A DNA stretch of 64,000 bases from Porphyridium purpureum (taxonomy: Eukaryota). The notes under the pieces were generated by a model. The model was not told the origin of the DNA and did not search any database. It was given only the letters and a program-made list of their open reading frames with translations. Where the stretch lies: positions 186,001-250,000 of the forward strand of contig VRMN01000012.1 of assembly GCA_008690995.1 (NCBI GenBank), written 5' to 3'. Made by a program: the position numbers and the translations under genes. Shown here piece by piece: positions 34,036 to 45,700 of this stretch (position 1 is its first letter; every line of letters begins with the position of its first letter).

Positions 34036-35109
34036 ATGGGCAACAAGAACCTGTGTGGTTGGATCTCGGTGGTGACACTGATGGCCGCTGTATTGGTGTC
34101 TGTGCGCGCCCAGGCCATGACGGCTATTGATATCTACCCGGAGACTGACTGTATGGGGCAGCCAGAACGGATCGAGCTCACGCTGAACGAGTGCACAGAC
34201 TATACGTGGGATGAGCCGTCTACAACAGTCCCGGTTGGGTCACTTTTGCTCAGCACCCTGCAGTGCAATGCAGGGCTGGCCCAGACAGTGCGCATTGATG
34301 GATACGCACAGCCAGGATGCACAGGCGCCGCAACGAGCTTTCTTGCAATTTCGACATTTGGCAGTGTTATTGAGGCAGATACGTGCTACGCGGTCAATTT
34401 CCTGACTTCGGGCTTTTTGAATGACCAGCGTGTCATCAAGATGCCCTTTGGGTGTTCAGAGGCATCAAGCATGACGGGACTGCCATCGCCATCGCCATCG
34501 CCATCGCCATCGCCGTCACCGTCACCGTCACTGTCGCCGTCACCGTCACTGCCGCCATCTCCATCGCCATTGCCGACTCCGACTCCGACTCCGACTTCCA
34601 CAGCGACATCGACAGCGGGCCCATCAAACACACCGGCGCCGACGCCGACGCCAACGCCAACGCCCGTGTGCGTAGATGCGGAATGGATCGAGGCATATGG
34701 ACTACAAAAGGTGCATGCCACGGATGGGTTGGGTGAGCTATTGTGCATTGTAGGCCTTGACAAGCTTCCGTGCGGTACGCCAGACCACGTGCTGGAAGTG
34801 AAGGTGGATTCTGGCGCCCGCATGCGCGCACCACTGTCTAGCCTGCGCACGTACGCTGAGGTTTGCGCGTACCGCGAGTGCACGCGGAAATTAGGCCGCT
34901 TTAATGGTGTGCTCCACTCGGACGCACATTTGATGCCTTCGCAGGAGGATCACACGCTGACGACGCTTGCGCACCGTGGCACCACATGGAGCGCTATCGA
35001 GAACCGCATGGTGGTTGCGGCGCAAAAGATGCGCTCGCATCATGTAAGCCGCGCGCTCAATTACTTGCAGCGCAGGAACAGCGCCATGTACTTGCACCGC
35101 GAGGAATAA
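34036..35109 (+). CDS. Secreted Cys-rich protein with an (SP)n/(TP)n extensin-like linker and a Cys/His C-terminal domain
   Basis: Signal peptide (..[15 protein letters not shown]), [14 protein letters not shown] tract, and C-terminal [30 protein letters not shown]. Confidence 0.85.
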   Translation: MGNKNLCGWISVVTLMAAVLVSVRAQAMTAIDIYPETDCMGQPERIELTLNECTDYTWDEPSTTVPVGSLLLSTLQCNAGLAQTVRIDGYAQPGCTGAATSFLAISTFGSVIEADTCYAVNFLTSGFLNDQRVIKMPFGCSEASSMTGLPSPSPSPSPSPSPSPSLSPSPSLPPSPSPLPTPTPTPTSTATSTAGPSNTPAPTPTPTPTPVCVDAEWIEAYGLQKVHATDGLGELLCIVGLDKLPCGTPDHVLEVKVDSGARMRAPLSSLRTYAEVCAYRECTRKLGRFNGVLHSDAHLMPSQEDHTLTTLAHRGTTWSAIENRMVVAAQKMRSHHVSRALNYLQRRNSAMYLHREE

Positions 35110-35256
35110 GAGAGCCGCACACCTTTACAGGTGAGAATGTTTTGGGGCGTCGATAATGTATTGAGGGCGCGAGGATGCCGCGATTATCAAGCTTGTCCTT
35201 TTGTCAGTAAACGACGGAGTCGATGAAAAGCGTGCATGAATATGCTTCTGCGCAAA

Positions 35257-35973
35257 TCACTTTACCGCACGCAGAGCGCCGAGTCCAGGCGTGTAGATTG
35301 TGTTCCGCCACAGCGGCAGCAAAGTCTTCTTCACAAAGAGGGGCACCTCGCATCGAAAGGCGTCCTTGAGCTCTTTGCACACTGTCGCGTTTTGCGGCAC
35401 GGCCTCGCTGAACAAAACGAGCGTGAATGCCTTTTCCTGAATACTCATCGAGCTGAGTGTTCGACTGGTGTGATCCTTTTGCTCTTTCTCACTGGCATGC
35501 TTTGCCACCAGCGGCGCAAGGTGTACCTCACCCGCCTGATAGTGCGCGACAAAGTCATTCAGCAATGCCTGCATCCTTCTCGACGCGCCGCTCCGAGAAG
35601 CGACGCTGATTGTTTCCAGTCGGTGCGCCAATTGTGCCCGCCGCGATTCATACAGGCGCAGCTGCACGCGGTCGAAAACAGACACAAGCGCACGGCTCTG
35701 CAACCACGGCACGAACTGATCGCGCTCCACTCTGTCGTGCAGCTGCACGCTTTTTGCGAGCTGCTGCAGCGCCCCTTCTACCTGCCGTCTGTGGCTCTCA
35801 TTCTGGATGTGCGCGACTGCACGTGCAACGCGGTCAAGCTCATACTCGATCGACATGTGATGCCACAGCCACCCATGCACATGAAACCCGGGGTAATACC
35901 GCGACCGAGAGTGGAATTGAGACTGCGCGGACGATGCGCGATTCCGTCGTGGCCGCCAGTTGAACAGATTCAT
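35257..35973 (-). CDS. Hemerythrin-like (HHE) helical-bundle protein
   Basis: WHHMSI, LHDRVERDQFVPWL and AHYQAGEVHLAPLV fit the H / HxxxE / HxxxxE pattern. First ATG is at 35973. Confidence 0.6.
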   Translation of the reverse strand: MNLFNWRPRRNRASSAQSQFHSRSRYYPGFHVHGWLWHHMSIEYELDRVARAVAHIQNESHRRQVEGALQQLAKSVQLHDRVERDQFVPWLQSRALVSVFDRVQLRLYESRRAQLAHRLETISVASRSGASRRMQALLNDFVAHYQAGEVHLAPLVAKHASEKEQKDHTSRTLSSMSIQEKAFTLVLFSEAVPQNATVCKELKDAFRCEVPLFVKKTLLPLWRNTIYTPGLGALRAVK

Positions 35974-36075
35974 TGTCGAGTTCCTCCGTGTCCTTAACGC
36001 TTGAACGTCTCGCGGCACGGCCACCGCGGCAACGGAGTTTCGAATTTTCAGGACGCAAGTGGTTGCTCTTGAAGC

Positions 36076-36939
36076 ATGACAGAAGCAGACGGAGACAGAC
36101 AAACGGTCAACGATGGCTCGGCAGTAACGGCAGCGGCGGCGGCTACCAGTGCTGCGTCATCGTCGTCGCGATCTCCTCGCTTCGATGCGGCTCTCGACGT
36201 GGCTGCACTTGGCGCCGTGGTCGGAGGTCTGACTTCGTTCGTTCGCGGCGTACCGGTCGTTCGCGGATGTGTAAACTATGCGGCCCTGGGCGCACTGCTT
36301 TCGCTTCCGTATCAACAGCTGCGCTGGATCGCCGGACGATACGTGATTGGAGAAGGCGCGGAGCAAGGTGTGACTGGTGCCATGTATGCTGGCGGGATGC
36401 TCGGCGTGGGGGGCTCCTTTCTGATCGACTTGCTCGAAGGCGTGAAGAGGCCGCCTGCACGTATTGTCGCCGTGCGCGTGGCCTTGGGCGCGGCTGTGGG
36501 CGCGACAGTGCATTTGGCGCCCGGGGGCTTATACTCGGTGCATGCCAAACTTCTGGACATCCGGCGGTTTGTCATGTACGGTGGCTACTTTGACTGGAAG
36601 GACCAGGTGATAGCCGAAAAGTACCGCCGAGCCGAGGAGCGTGGCGAGTGGACCAAAGGAACTGTCTTTCCCGAGTGGATGCCATTCAAGAACAAGACGG
36701 ACGCGTACGACGAGGCGAAAGCGGTCCATGCCATTCTCAGCGAAGAGGCCCGTGAGCTGGATGCGAAGATCCAGACCAAGCTGGAACTCGTCGCAGCGCT
36801 GGAAGAAGAAGAAGAAAAAGCGGCGGCAGCATGCAGCCGACCAGAGGCGCGCGAAGCACCGCCGGAACAAGCCGAGCTGTCCGCCAAGATCGACGCGCTG
36901 CAGCAGCGCATCGCGAGGCTGCACCAAGACAGCCTGTAG
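36076..36939 (+). CDS. Gly-rich four-TM protein (Tim17/Tim22-like) with a C-terminal coiled coil
   Basis: GxxxG-rich hydrophobic segments (LGAVVGGL, YAGGMLGVGG, LGAAVGA), then heptad-rich helices. Strong GC3 codon bias. Confidence 0.6.
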   Translation: MTEADGDRQTVNDGSAVTAAAAATSAASSSSRSPRFDAALDVAALGAVVGGLTSFVRGVPVVRGCVNYAALGALLSLPYQQLRWIAGRYVIGEGAEQGVTGAMYAGGMLGVGGSFLIDLLEGVKRPPARIVAVRVALGAAVGATVHLAPGGLYSVHAKLLDIRRFVMYGGYFDWKDQVIAEKYRRAEERGEWTKGTVFPEWMPFKNKTDAYDEAKAVHAILSEEARELDAKIQTKLELVAALEEEEEKAAAACSRPEAREAPPEQAELSAKIDALQQRIARLHQDSL

Positions 36940-37285
36940 CGTTTTTCCTTCGGAGCCTTTCCCCCGCCCCCACGAATGTACAGTGCATAACTGTACTTCC
37001 ACCAATGAATTAATTAATGTTTTGTTATAACTATGTTTTAATGCTCGAATGTTGCTTTTTTAAGAGCGTGATGCGATAAAAATAGAATGTCTACTAAAAT
37101 GGTGTTGTTTTGTTATGAAGTGCGCGTGTGTGTGATGCGAGACGTTGTGGGGAGAAGCGCGAAGGGGCGAGAGAGAGAGAGAGAGAGAGAGGGGAGAAGG
37201 AGAGGGAGAGAGGGGGAGAGACATAGTTTGCGCGTGGTTGGAAGCGGCAAAAGGGGCATGCGCCGCCTGTTGTGAGAGCGTGGGT

Positions 37286-38569
37286 ATGGCAATGGAAGGT
37301 GGCGGCGGTGGTGGCGGAGGAGGAGCGGCGGCCGAAGCGTCTGGTGATGCGAATGTCGCGACGTATCGGCAGTACCACAACTTGTCCGGGTATCTGCGTA
37401 AACGCACGCGAATTCTCAAGTCGAAGAAGAAGTGCTTTTTCCGGCTCAATGTGACGACGTTGTCGTGTTACAGGGACCGCAATGCGTCCGAGCACTCGTG
37501 GCAAATATCGCTGCGCAAGGCAAAGGTGACTACGGATGACGCGCAGCTGCAGATCAATGTGGTCACTGCGCCGCGCAGCGTGGTGCTCTTTGCCGAGAAC
37601 GCGCAGGATTTCAAAAAGTGGAGCAACGCGCTGATCGAAACGACGCTGAATAATATCGACGACTTTTACGAAATGGGCGAGCTGATTGGGAAGGGCTCGT
37701 ACGGCGAGGTGCGCGAGGCCGTCGACCTCAAGACGCGGGAAAAGCGCGCGGTCAAAATCATGGACCGCACCACAGACCCGAAGGAGCTCGAGTTTCTGCG
37801 GCGTGAGGTGAATGTGATGCGCACGCTCATGCACCCGAACATCATCCGCACATTTGACATCTTTGACACAAACAAGAAGCTGTACGTGGTGATGGAGTAT
37901 GTGCAGGGCGGCGACCTGTTCGAGGTGATTTCCGAGCAGGCCAACACGTTCAGCGAGGCTTCGGCGGTGGGCGTGGTGCGCGAGATCCTCGAAGGCGTCA
38001 AGTACCTGCACGAGCGGCAAATCGTGCACCGCGACATCAAGCCGGAGAACATTCTGTGCGTGTCGCGCGAGATTCCGTTCCGCATCAAGCTGACCGATTT
38101 CGGGTTTGCGAACTATGACGACGTGGACCAGATGCAGACGTTTATCGGCACGCCGTTTTACATGGCGCCAGAGATCCTCACGTCCAAGGGGCACGGCATG
38201 CCGGTGGATATCTACGCGGTGGGCATTGTGACGTACGCGATGCTGTCTGGGCGGCTGCCGTTCGAGACGGACGACAAGGCGAACGCGTACAACAAGATCA
38301 CGGAGGGCCGCGTGACGTTTCCGGACGCGGACTGGCGCAACGTGTCGCTGCCTGCGAAGGACTTTGTGACGGAGTGCCTGCAGTGGGACCCGACGAAGCG
38401 CCCGACGGTGCAGCAGGCGCTGCAGCACGCGTGGCTGACCAAGCCGCTGAGCGGCGACGCCGAGGCGAAGGGCATGAAGCGGCTGGACTCGGACCTGACC
38501 AAGCTGGCCGCGCTCACCTCGAGCAAGCACACGAGCGCGCGCGGCGCGGACTGGCCCGGCAGCTCCTAA
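37286..38569 (+). CDS. PH domain + CAMK-group Ser/Thr protein kinase
   Basis: PH: SGYLRKR..LSCY..ISL..LFAENAQDFKKWSNAL. Kinase: GKGSYG, AVK, HRDIKPEN, DFG, GTPFYMAPE. Confidence 0.95.
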   Translation: MAMEGGGGGGGGGAAAEASGDANVATYRQYHNLSGYLRKRTRILKSKKKCFFRLNVTTLSCYRDRNASEHSWQISLRKAKVTTDDAQLQINVVTAPRSVVLFAENAQDFKKWSNALIETTLNNIDDFYEMGELIGKGSYGEVREAVDLKTREKRAVKIMDRTTDPKELEFLRREVNVMRTLMHPNIIRTFDIFDTNKKLYVVMEYVQGGDLFEVISEQANTFSEASAVGVVREILEGVKYLHERQIVHRDIKPENILCVSREIPFRIKLTDFGFANYDDVDQMQTFIGTPFYMAPEILTSKGHGMPVDIYAVGIVTYAMLSGRLPFETDDKANAYNKITEGRVTFPDADWRNVSLPAKDFVTECLQWDPTKRPTVQQALQHAWLTKPLSGDAEAKGMKRLDSDLTKLAALTSSKHTSARGADWPGSS

Positions 38570-38695
38570 CCCGGCCCAGGCGTCCCTGCTCCTCCTCTCC
38601 TCCTCTCCAACCATTTAATAAACGCCGCCCGCTCACCACCAACTCGTACCGACCCACACGACCACAAGCTGCTTGCCGCGTGCATTTCCCTCACC

Positions 38696-38763
38696 GTACA
38701 CCCACTGTACACCCACTGTACACCCTTGTACCCAACTGTACCCTATTGAATCCGGTTTATCGG
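38696..38763. promoter_or_regulatory. 11-bp GTACACCCACT mini-array plus CAACTGTAC and GGTTTATCGG module
   Basis: About 3 tandem units. The 14-mer CACTGTACACCCTT and the downstream motifs recur at 61685-61732. Regulatory role is inferred. Confidence 0.5.
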
Positions 38764-39434
38764 CGCGCGCCACCCCCGAACGCCCTCCCCCTGTTCCACC
38801 GAACGCACTCCACCGCGCGACGCCGTTCTCTCCCACACAAACCCCCTCACTGTACCGCATCCACACCTCCCCTCGCAGTATAGTGTACACTTAACCCCCC
38901 CCGACCGACCTGCGCTCCGTATGTAAACGCACTCGTTCATGTATACAGATACCGCCCGCGGCCTCGTGCCTTGGTGCTGCGTTGCGTGCGTGCCAACTGT
39001 ACTTGCCGCAGTCCACCCCCGTGTACCGTTCAATTAACCGCGCTAACCGCTGTGGCGCGTGTGGGCGGTGTCGTGCACGCGGGTTTGGCCGCCGTTTGGC
39101 GGGAGACAGGACGGACAGGGCGGAACGCATGCCATCCACAACCGGTTTATCGGGTTATTGGTTTATCGGATTCGTTGTGTGTTGTGAGCGGGAGGGGGGG
39201 GAAGAAGAAGAAGAGGGAGGGAAAGACGGCGAGGGTGTTTGAGTAGGAAGGTGTGGGGAAAGGGGGGGGAGAGGTGGGGGAAGAAAGCGCGCGGTGGTGG
39301 CGGACGTGGGTTGAGGGGGAAGAGGGGGGAGGAGAGAAGAGCGAAGAGGGAGAGAAGGGGAGAGAAGGGAGTGGTGTGGTGGTGTGGGGAGTGTGGGAAG
39401 TGTGGTACGGACGTTGCGCGCAGACGGCGGCGGT

Positions 39435-39504
39435 TGTGCATGGTGTGCATGGTGTGCATGGTTCGGATGCATGGTGTGGATGGTGTGGATGGTGTGGATG
39501 CATG
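39435..39504. repeat. Imperfect 9-bp repeats TG(C/G)ATGGTG
   Basis: Read directly; each unit contains an ATG upstream of the chromatin gene. Confidence 0.75.
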
Positions 39505-39789
39505 AGGTGTGAGCGGGAGGGGGAGAGCAAAGAGTGGGACACGCGGCAGGTGGTGAAGGGAAAGGTGGGCGTGGCGGCGGGGATTTTTTTGGGCGCGGGT
39601 GGCGGAACTGTAGGAGGATTTGGAGTTGGGTGTCTGTGTGATGGTGGAGCGGCGCGTGGCGGCGCGGCGGGACGAACGGACCGCACGGCGCGGCGGAAGG
39701 ACGCGGCGGGGAGGAGCGGCAGAGCGCGGAGAATGGCGCGCGGCTGGATCACGCGGGGCGAGGGCGCGGGCAGGAAGCGCCCGCGCGCG

Positions 39790-42700
39790 ATGGGGTGGGA
39801 GGATGAGCTGAATGAGGAGGACGCCGCGGCGATTGCAGAGGCCGCCGCGCAGTCCCCGCGCAGGTCCAGGCGCGGCGCGCGAGCGGCGCCAGCGCCGCCG
39901 CGACCGCAACGCTGGCGGCGCTCCAGAATGGCGCCGCGACGGCGCGCGCTGGCCTGGCGCCGGCGTCGGCGCGCAGCAGGCAAAGAAACACCTCCAGCAA
40001 GAGCAGCGACGGCGGCGGCAGCCGTGCGGTTACGCGCGGCCGCGCGAGCTGGACGAAGAAGAGGATGCCGACGCGTTCCAGCTCGGCAACAGCACCGGCG
40101 GCCCGCAGAGTCAGAGCGCAGCAGCGGAGCCTCCGCCGCCGAGCCGGAGGCCGATGATGGCGACAACGCCGAGGAAGAAGACGAGAGCGGGCCCAGCGAG
40201 GACGACGACGAGGAGGAAGCGCAGGAGGAAGAAGAGGAGGAAGGAAGAGGAGGAGGAAGAACATTCGCACCAAAGCGGCGCCCTTCACGGCGGGCGCGGC
40301 GGCTGTCCAGGTCGAGCGCGGTGAACCTCAGTTTGATCTGCTCCCATTTGCCCGGCGGCGCCGCCGTCGCTGCGCCGCCAGGAAGCGGGACAGGAACAAC
40401 GTCACGGCGGCGGCAGACGCGCGGCGGTCAAACGAGTCCTTGTTCCCCGCGCTGCTCGATGAAATGGCGTCGTGGCCGCGGCACGAGGCCAGCGCGGTCG
40501 ACGCGCGGTTGATCGGCCAGTACGCATTCCTGCGCTCGTTCTCCGCGCAGCTTTTTCTCTCGCCGTTCGCGCTCAATGCGTACGTCGTAGCAGTCAAGAG
40601 CGCGGCGCCCAGCGCGTTGCTCGATGAGTTGTTTATTGGAATCCTCAAAATCCTCGCGTTTAGCGCGTGCCCCATGCAGTTTGTGCCCACCACAGGCCCC
40701 GGCGCGTCGGCCGCGCTCGCAAGCATGGGCCTTGGAAACGAGATGAATGGCAACAGCCTGGGTGTCGACGCCTTTATCGACGACTACACGGCGCCCCCGA
40801 CGGGTTCGCCCGGCGCGGGGAGCGTCGCATATTTGGCGCAGCTGCAGCAGTTTGGCTCGGCAGGCATCTTGGATGCATACTTTGTGCCGTTTGGAGACCG
40901 CCTGGTGTGGCCGCCGCGGCGCATGTGGTTCTTCCTTGACCGGCTGACGTGGCAAGAGTTTTTGCGCCGCTTCGTGGCGTCACGCGCCGCGCTGCTACCA
41001 GCACGCCACGCCAAATCACTCCGGGCGCCGCTGCATGCGCTCCAGCGTGTCGAATTCAGCGCGCTCGACGTGGAGTGCAAGCTTGATCTGCTCGACTTTC
41101 TGATGGATGAACTCGCGGACAGCGATTTTGTGCGACCCGAGATGGCGCTGCGTGAGCGCGACCGCGACCCGCGCGATCCGCGCGACAGCATCCACGTTTG
41201 CGACTTGACCGCGCTGGAAATCGCCAAGCGGCGCGCCCGCCCGACGTCGTCGCTCTCCAACGTAGAGTTTTGCGTGCTGTGCGGCCAAGGCGGAAGCCTG
41301 GTGTGCTGCGACACGTGTTCACGAAGCTTTCACGCCAAGTGCATCACAGAGAGTGAGGCCCGCCTAGAAACCGTTGAAACGTATGTATGCGAAGAGTGCA
41401 GCGTGCACGTGTTCGGCAATCCACGCACCGACCTCCGTATTGGCGCCTTGGGCAAGAGCTACGACAAGGAGCAGCCGGAAGGCAAGAACCAACTGATATA
41501 TGTGCCCTACGGTCGACCAACCGACTTGGATTTGTCCGACCGAGGCGGCGCATTTCCGTCCAAATATGCAGCACCGCTTCTCTCGCGTGCCGTCGCGCCG
41601 CATGACGAAGACCTTGCGCGCCAAGTCACAGATCACGCGGCGGCATTCACCGAGCAAGGCCGGCAGGTCGTTCCCGCTAGCGCACCACCACCATCAGCAG
41701 CAGCTGCCGGTGCAAGTGTCCCCATGTCGTCGCCGCGAATCCGTCAAATGCAGCAAACCCTGGCCCAGGAAGCCTTCGCAGGCAGTGACGGCGCAGGCAC
41801 GGGCGCTTCGCAGCAGGACGCGCACGCGCGCGGCTTTGACTTTGCCATACGCGAGCGTGATCTGGCCACATTGATGACGTACAAGAACAAGTACAGGTAC
41901 GGCGTCCTACGCTCGTTCACAAAGTATGGGTACTTTAACCAGAATCTGGGCGGGAACTTGACGCTGACACAGAAACGCTTTGCGTGGCCGATCCCGACGC
42001 AGGCCATTATTAATCAGCAACTCAAGAGCGGGCAGCTCAAACTGGGCGCAAGGGGAGGCAAGCATAGCAGCATGCATGCGAGCAGCACCGCGTTGGCGAC
42101 TCGGCCCGATTTATTAACGGTTTCCGGCTCGCCGTACGTTCACCAGACCCAGCTGAGATTGTTCGTGACCCCAGATGTACCCGCCGTGACCGCGATGTCA
42201 AGTGTGGCCACCTTGCCTCCATTTACAACGCGCGACCAGCAGTGGATGGCATACCGCGTATTTCAAGGGGTGGCAAACCACTTGCTGTCAGTCGAGAGCG
42301 AAGTGTACGTGTTTGCGGAGAGCGAGTGGAGTGCGCCTGGCTTTCGAGCGCGATGGATCTCGAAAGTCAAGTCGGCGACCGAACCATGGCAACTCGCGTG
42401 TTTGATGCTGCAACTTGAGGAGGCATTGCGACCTCTGTGTTTTGACGAACGATGGTTCGCAACCGACGACGACACACCCAAACTCAACTTCGGCATGTGG
42501 TGGGCAGGCCTGCGTGCAAACCGGATTCGCCGCGTTTCGTCGCAAGTCGCGCGGCAGTACGGACGGATTGCTGGAAAGCGTCGCATTCCAGGCATGCTGT
42601 ACGGCCCAGGGCATTCGGTCTGCGTGCAGTCTCGACAAAGCTCGTGGCGGCGGCGCGTTGCAAACGTGCGCACGCTCGCCGCTGTTGCGCTGGAGCTGCG

Positions 42701-45700
42701 GATACTAGATAACTGCATGCGCTGGTCGGAGATCAAAAAGGATGTGTGCCTCGAACGCGCTGCAGACGCAGCGGGCCGGGCGTTTAGTTTTGCCGCCTAT
42801 TCGATGCGTAAAGAAGGCACGGAGACCGACAAGCTTGTCGACGAGCTCATGTCAGTGTCACACCGGAAGGCTCGCACAGGCTCGGAGCGGTACGCGGAGG
42901 AACTGCGCCGAACGGAGCAGATTATGGCGGTTGCCGAGGATCTGAAGCGCTCGGGCCGCAAGGCGCGTATGGCTGGGATGAACACAACTCTCGCCGAATC
43001 CCAGGCGATGGATGGGGTGACAGGATACAACATGTTGAGCGGAACCGCATCCGGGACCAAGTTGAATCCGCTCAGTTTTGGCGCAAGCATGAATGCGATG
43101 GCTGGAGGCGGCGCGTTCGCGGTGCCGTCAGGAGTGGCGGCTGGCTCTTTTGCAGCACCGTCATCGGCGGAACAGATTGCGCGTATGTTTGCGGGGATCA
43201 ATCCATACACAATGGTCAACGCTGGTGACCGCGGCGATCTGATGCTGGCCGGGCACATTATGGCTCGTCGCAAAACAACACAGCCGCTGCACGAGTCGCA
43301 GAGTGAGCGACTCGGACAACTGTGGATGAATCTGGAAGGCTGGAGCCCGCACGTGTTTGACTATCTTGTCCAGATCAGAAGCGTCGTCCCCAAAATGAGT
43401 GCCGTCCCGCGCGGGATGGGGATCGGGTCGGGGATGACGTCTGTGGTGGGAGTTGGCGCCATTGGCGAGGCGGTAGACGCGCCAGAGGAGGTATGGGTTC
43501 GTGAAGGTGCATTGCCGCTGTGGGTGGTTCGAGCGTACGAAGAAAAGAAGCGCCGCGATGATGAGTACAAGTATTACGTCAAGCATGCATCAGTTCTGCA
43601 GCGCCCGAGCGTAGAGAGCATGAATGCCACGATGGATGAGCCCCTTTCCTTACACGCGAGTCCGACAGGGCTTTTGGACGGAAATTCTGCCGGGCTCGCA
43701 TCCATGACCGGATCGGATCTGGTGATGATGGAATCTTCGCATGCGCCACCGGGCACGATCCGGCTGTCTTTGGGAGGGCACGGCAGCGATGGAGTCGGGA
43801 ACTTGTCCGGGGGAGGTGCAGGCGAGATGACCACGATCAACATCATGAATCCGCTGCTGCGCAAGCGCAAGATGTGGAAGCGGCACCGCGAAGCATATGA
43901 GGCGATGCGCAAGCAGCAATGGGAGCTTGAGCGCGTGACGGCAAAACACAACATTCGCGTCATATGGGGTTATAACTACGGTAACAATGCACAGCCGTTT
44001 GTTTGCAAGTGCGGTATGTGTGCGTCGGCAGCCGCAAGTTTGTCTGATCTGCGCTCCAATGTGTTTGCCATCAACTTTCAGGTACTCGCAAACGCCGCCT
44101 TGCTCTTTGCGCGCAGCATGGAATGCGTGGTATGCGAAAGGCGATATCACACGTGTCTTTTTGAAGAGGAAGTGCACGGCGTTTTTGTGCACGCGTACGG
44201 CCCATCGCCCTCCGAGTCGGTCACGCTGCCCGCAGCGGCAGGCTCGCAAGGTGTTTTTGTATGCCTGGATTGTTCTACACGTGCTCGGCCCTTTGGATCG
44301 CGAGAGGATGTGGGCGGCGGCACGTGTCATGCCACATTATGGAAACTTCTGCATCTGGCCGTGCTCACCGACCACAAGGCGCATCCAGAGCGACTGGAGC
44401 GCCTGCGCCAAAGCGGAGAGGAAGGCAATGAGTGGTGGCGCGTCAAGGGCGCCGTCGGTGTGCGTTTAGGGTTGCCCGCCTACAGTCTTCAGCACGTGAA
44501 CGAAATGTGCGACGTATGTCTGCAGTACGGCGACGACCATGTTTCTTTATTGGGTCAGTGCAAGACTTGCAAAGTATCAGTTCACGCGCGATGCTACGCG
44601 CTTGGGCATCCAATGTCGATTGCCTTTCGTCCGCTCTTTGAAGAGTTGTGTCGCAATGAACAGTGGGAGTGCAGCCGCTGTCGCTTTCCGGCCGGACAGC
44701 AAGATTACCCCGAGCTCGAGGAGGAATTAGAAAACGAAAGCGCGCTGGCCATCGCGCGCAACCAAAGATGCCTCCTTTGCCACGCTCAAGACGGCGCATT
44801 TCGAATGGTGCAGAAGCAGTGCGTTCAGCGCTTGCTCGAAACGCCTGCCACTCGTGACGTGTTGCTGGAGATGGACGAGAGAGAAAATGAATCTGAAACC
44901 TCAACGCTACTGGGTGATGCGTCTCGCGAGGGACCAGCAGACAGTGCGCCATGCGGGACAAGTCCAAGTGCAGGTCGAACACTGTCGAACGACGGTACCA
45001 AGACGTCGATGGACGTGGAGCCGGATCGCTCTAAGGATGATCCGTCAGCCCGTACAGATGAGGCGAATGCTGAGAATGACATTGAGGAAAATGCGCACGC
45101 GTCGCGGATGGTTCATGATAGTGAAGCTCAGACCCGTGTACAGCGTAGTGGAGGTCGGGAGATAAGTGGGAATCAGCAAGCGGCAGAAGTGATGCAGCGA
45201 AAAGTGGAGCACGCGTTGCAGGTGCCGCGATGGGTGCACACGCAGTGTGCGCTGTGTACGCCGGAGTGTTCGTTCGAAACGCATAGCGGCCTTGTAACTG
45301 GGTTGCAGGATGTGCCGGAAAGGCGTTTCCGCGCAACGTGCAACATTTGCGGCAGTGCATGTGGTATATCCAAGTTGACGTGCACAGCACCCGGCTGCGA
45401 ACAGGCGTGCCACGTGCGGTGTGCATTACGGCGCACGAAAAATTCGAATCATGGCCCGCCAACTGTAGCTGGGACCGTGGCCGGGGCAGGCGCACCCTGT
45501 CCAAAGAATCAGGCAAGTGACGAGATGGTATCTGATAGCCAGTCAGAGTCAGCCTCTCAATGGGCAGTGTACGTGTCGGAAGTCACGTATGGTTTTGATT
45601 TCTCGGGCTACTGTGGTCTGCACGTGAACAAGGCTCAAAGTGATCTGGTGTGTTCTGTGGACCAGTTTGTTGCAGCGTCGTCTGCGCTTGTGGGAGAGAA

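Noticed and set aside
37094..38614. 506-aa antisense ORF over the kinase, and similar shadow ORFs over other genes
   Set aside because: Expected by-product of strong GC3 bias on the coding strand; no domain features.
39147..40512. Long Arg/Gly/Pro-rich ORFs on both strands
   Set aside because: Low-complexity purine- and GC-rich leader sequence plus frameshifted pieces of the chromatin gene N-terminus.
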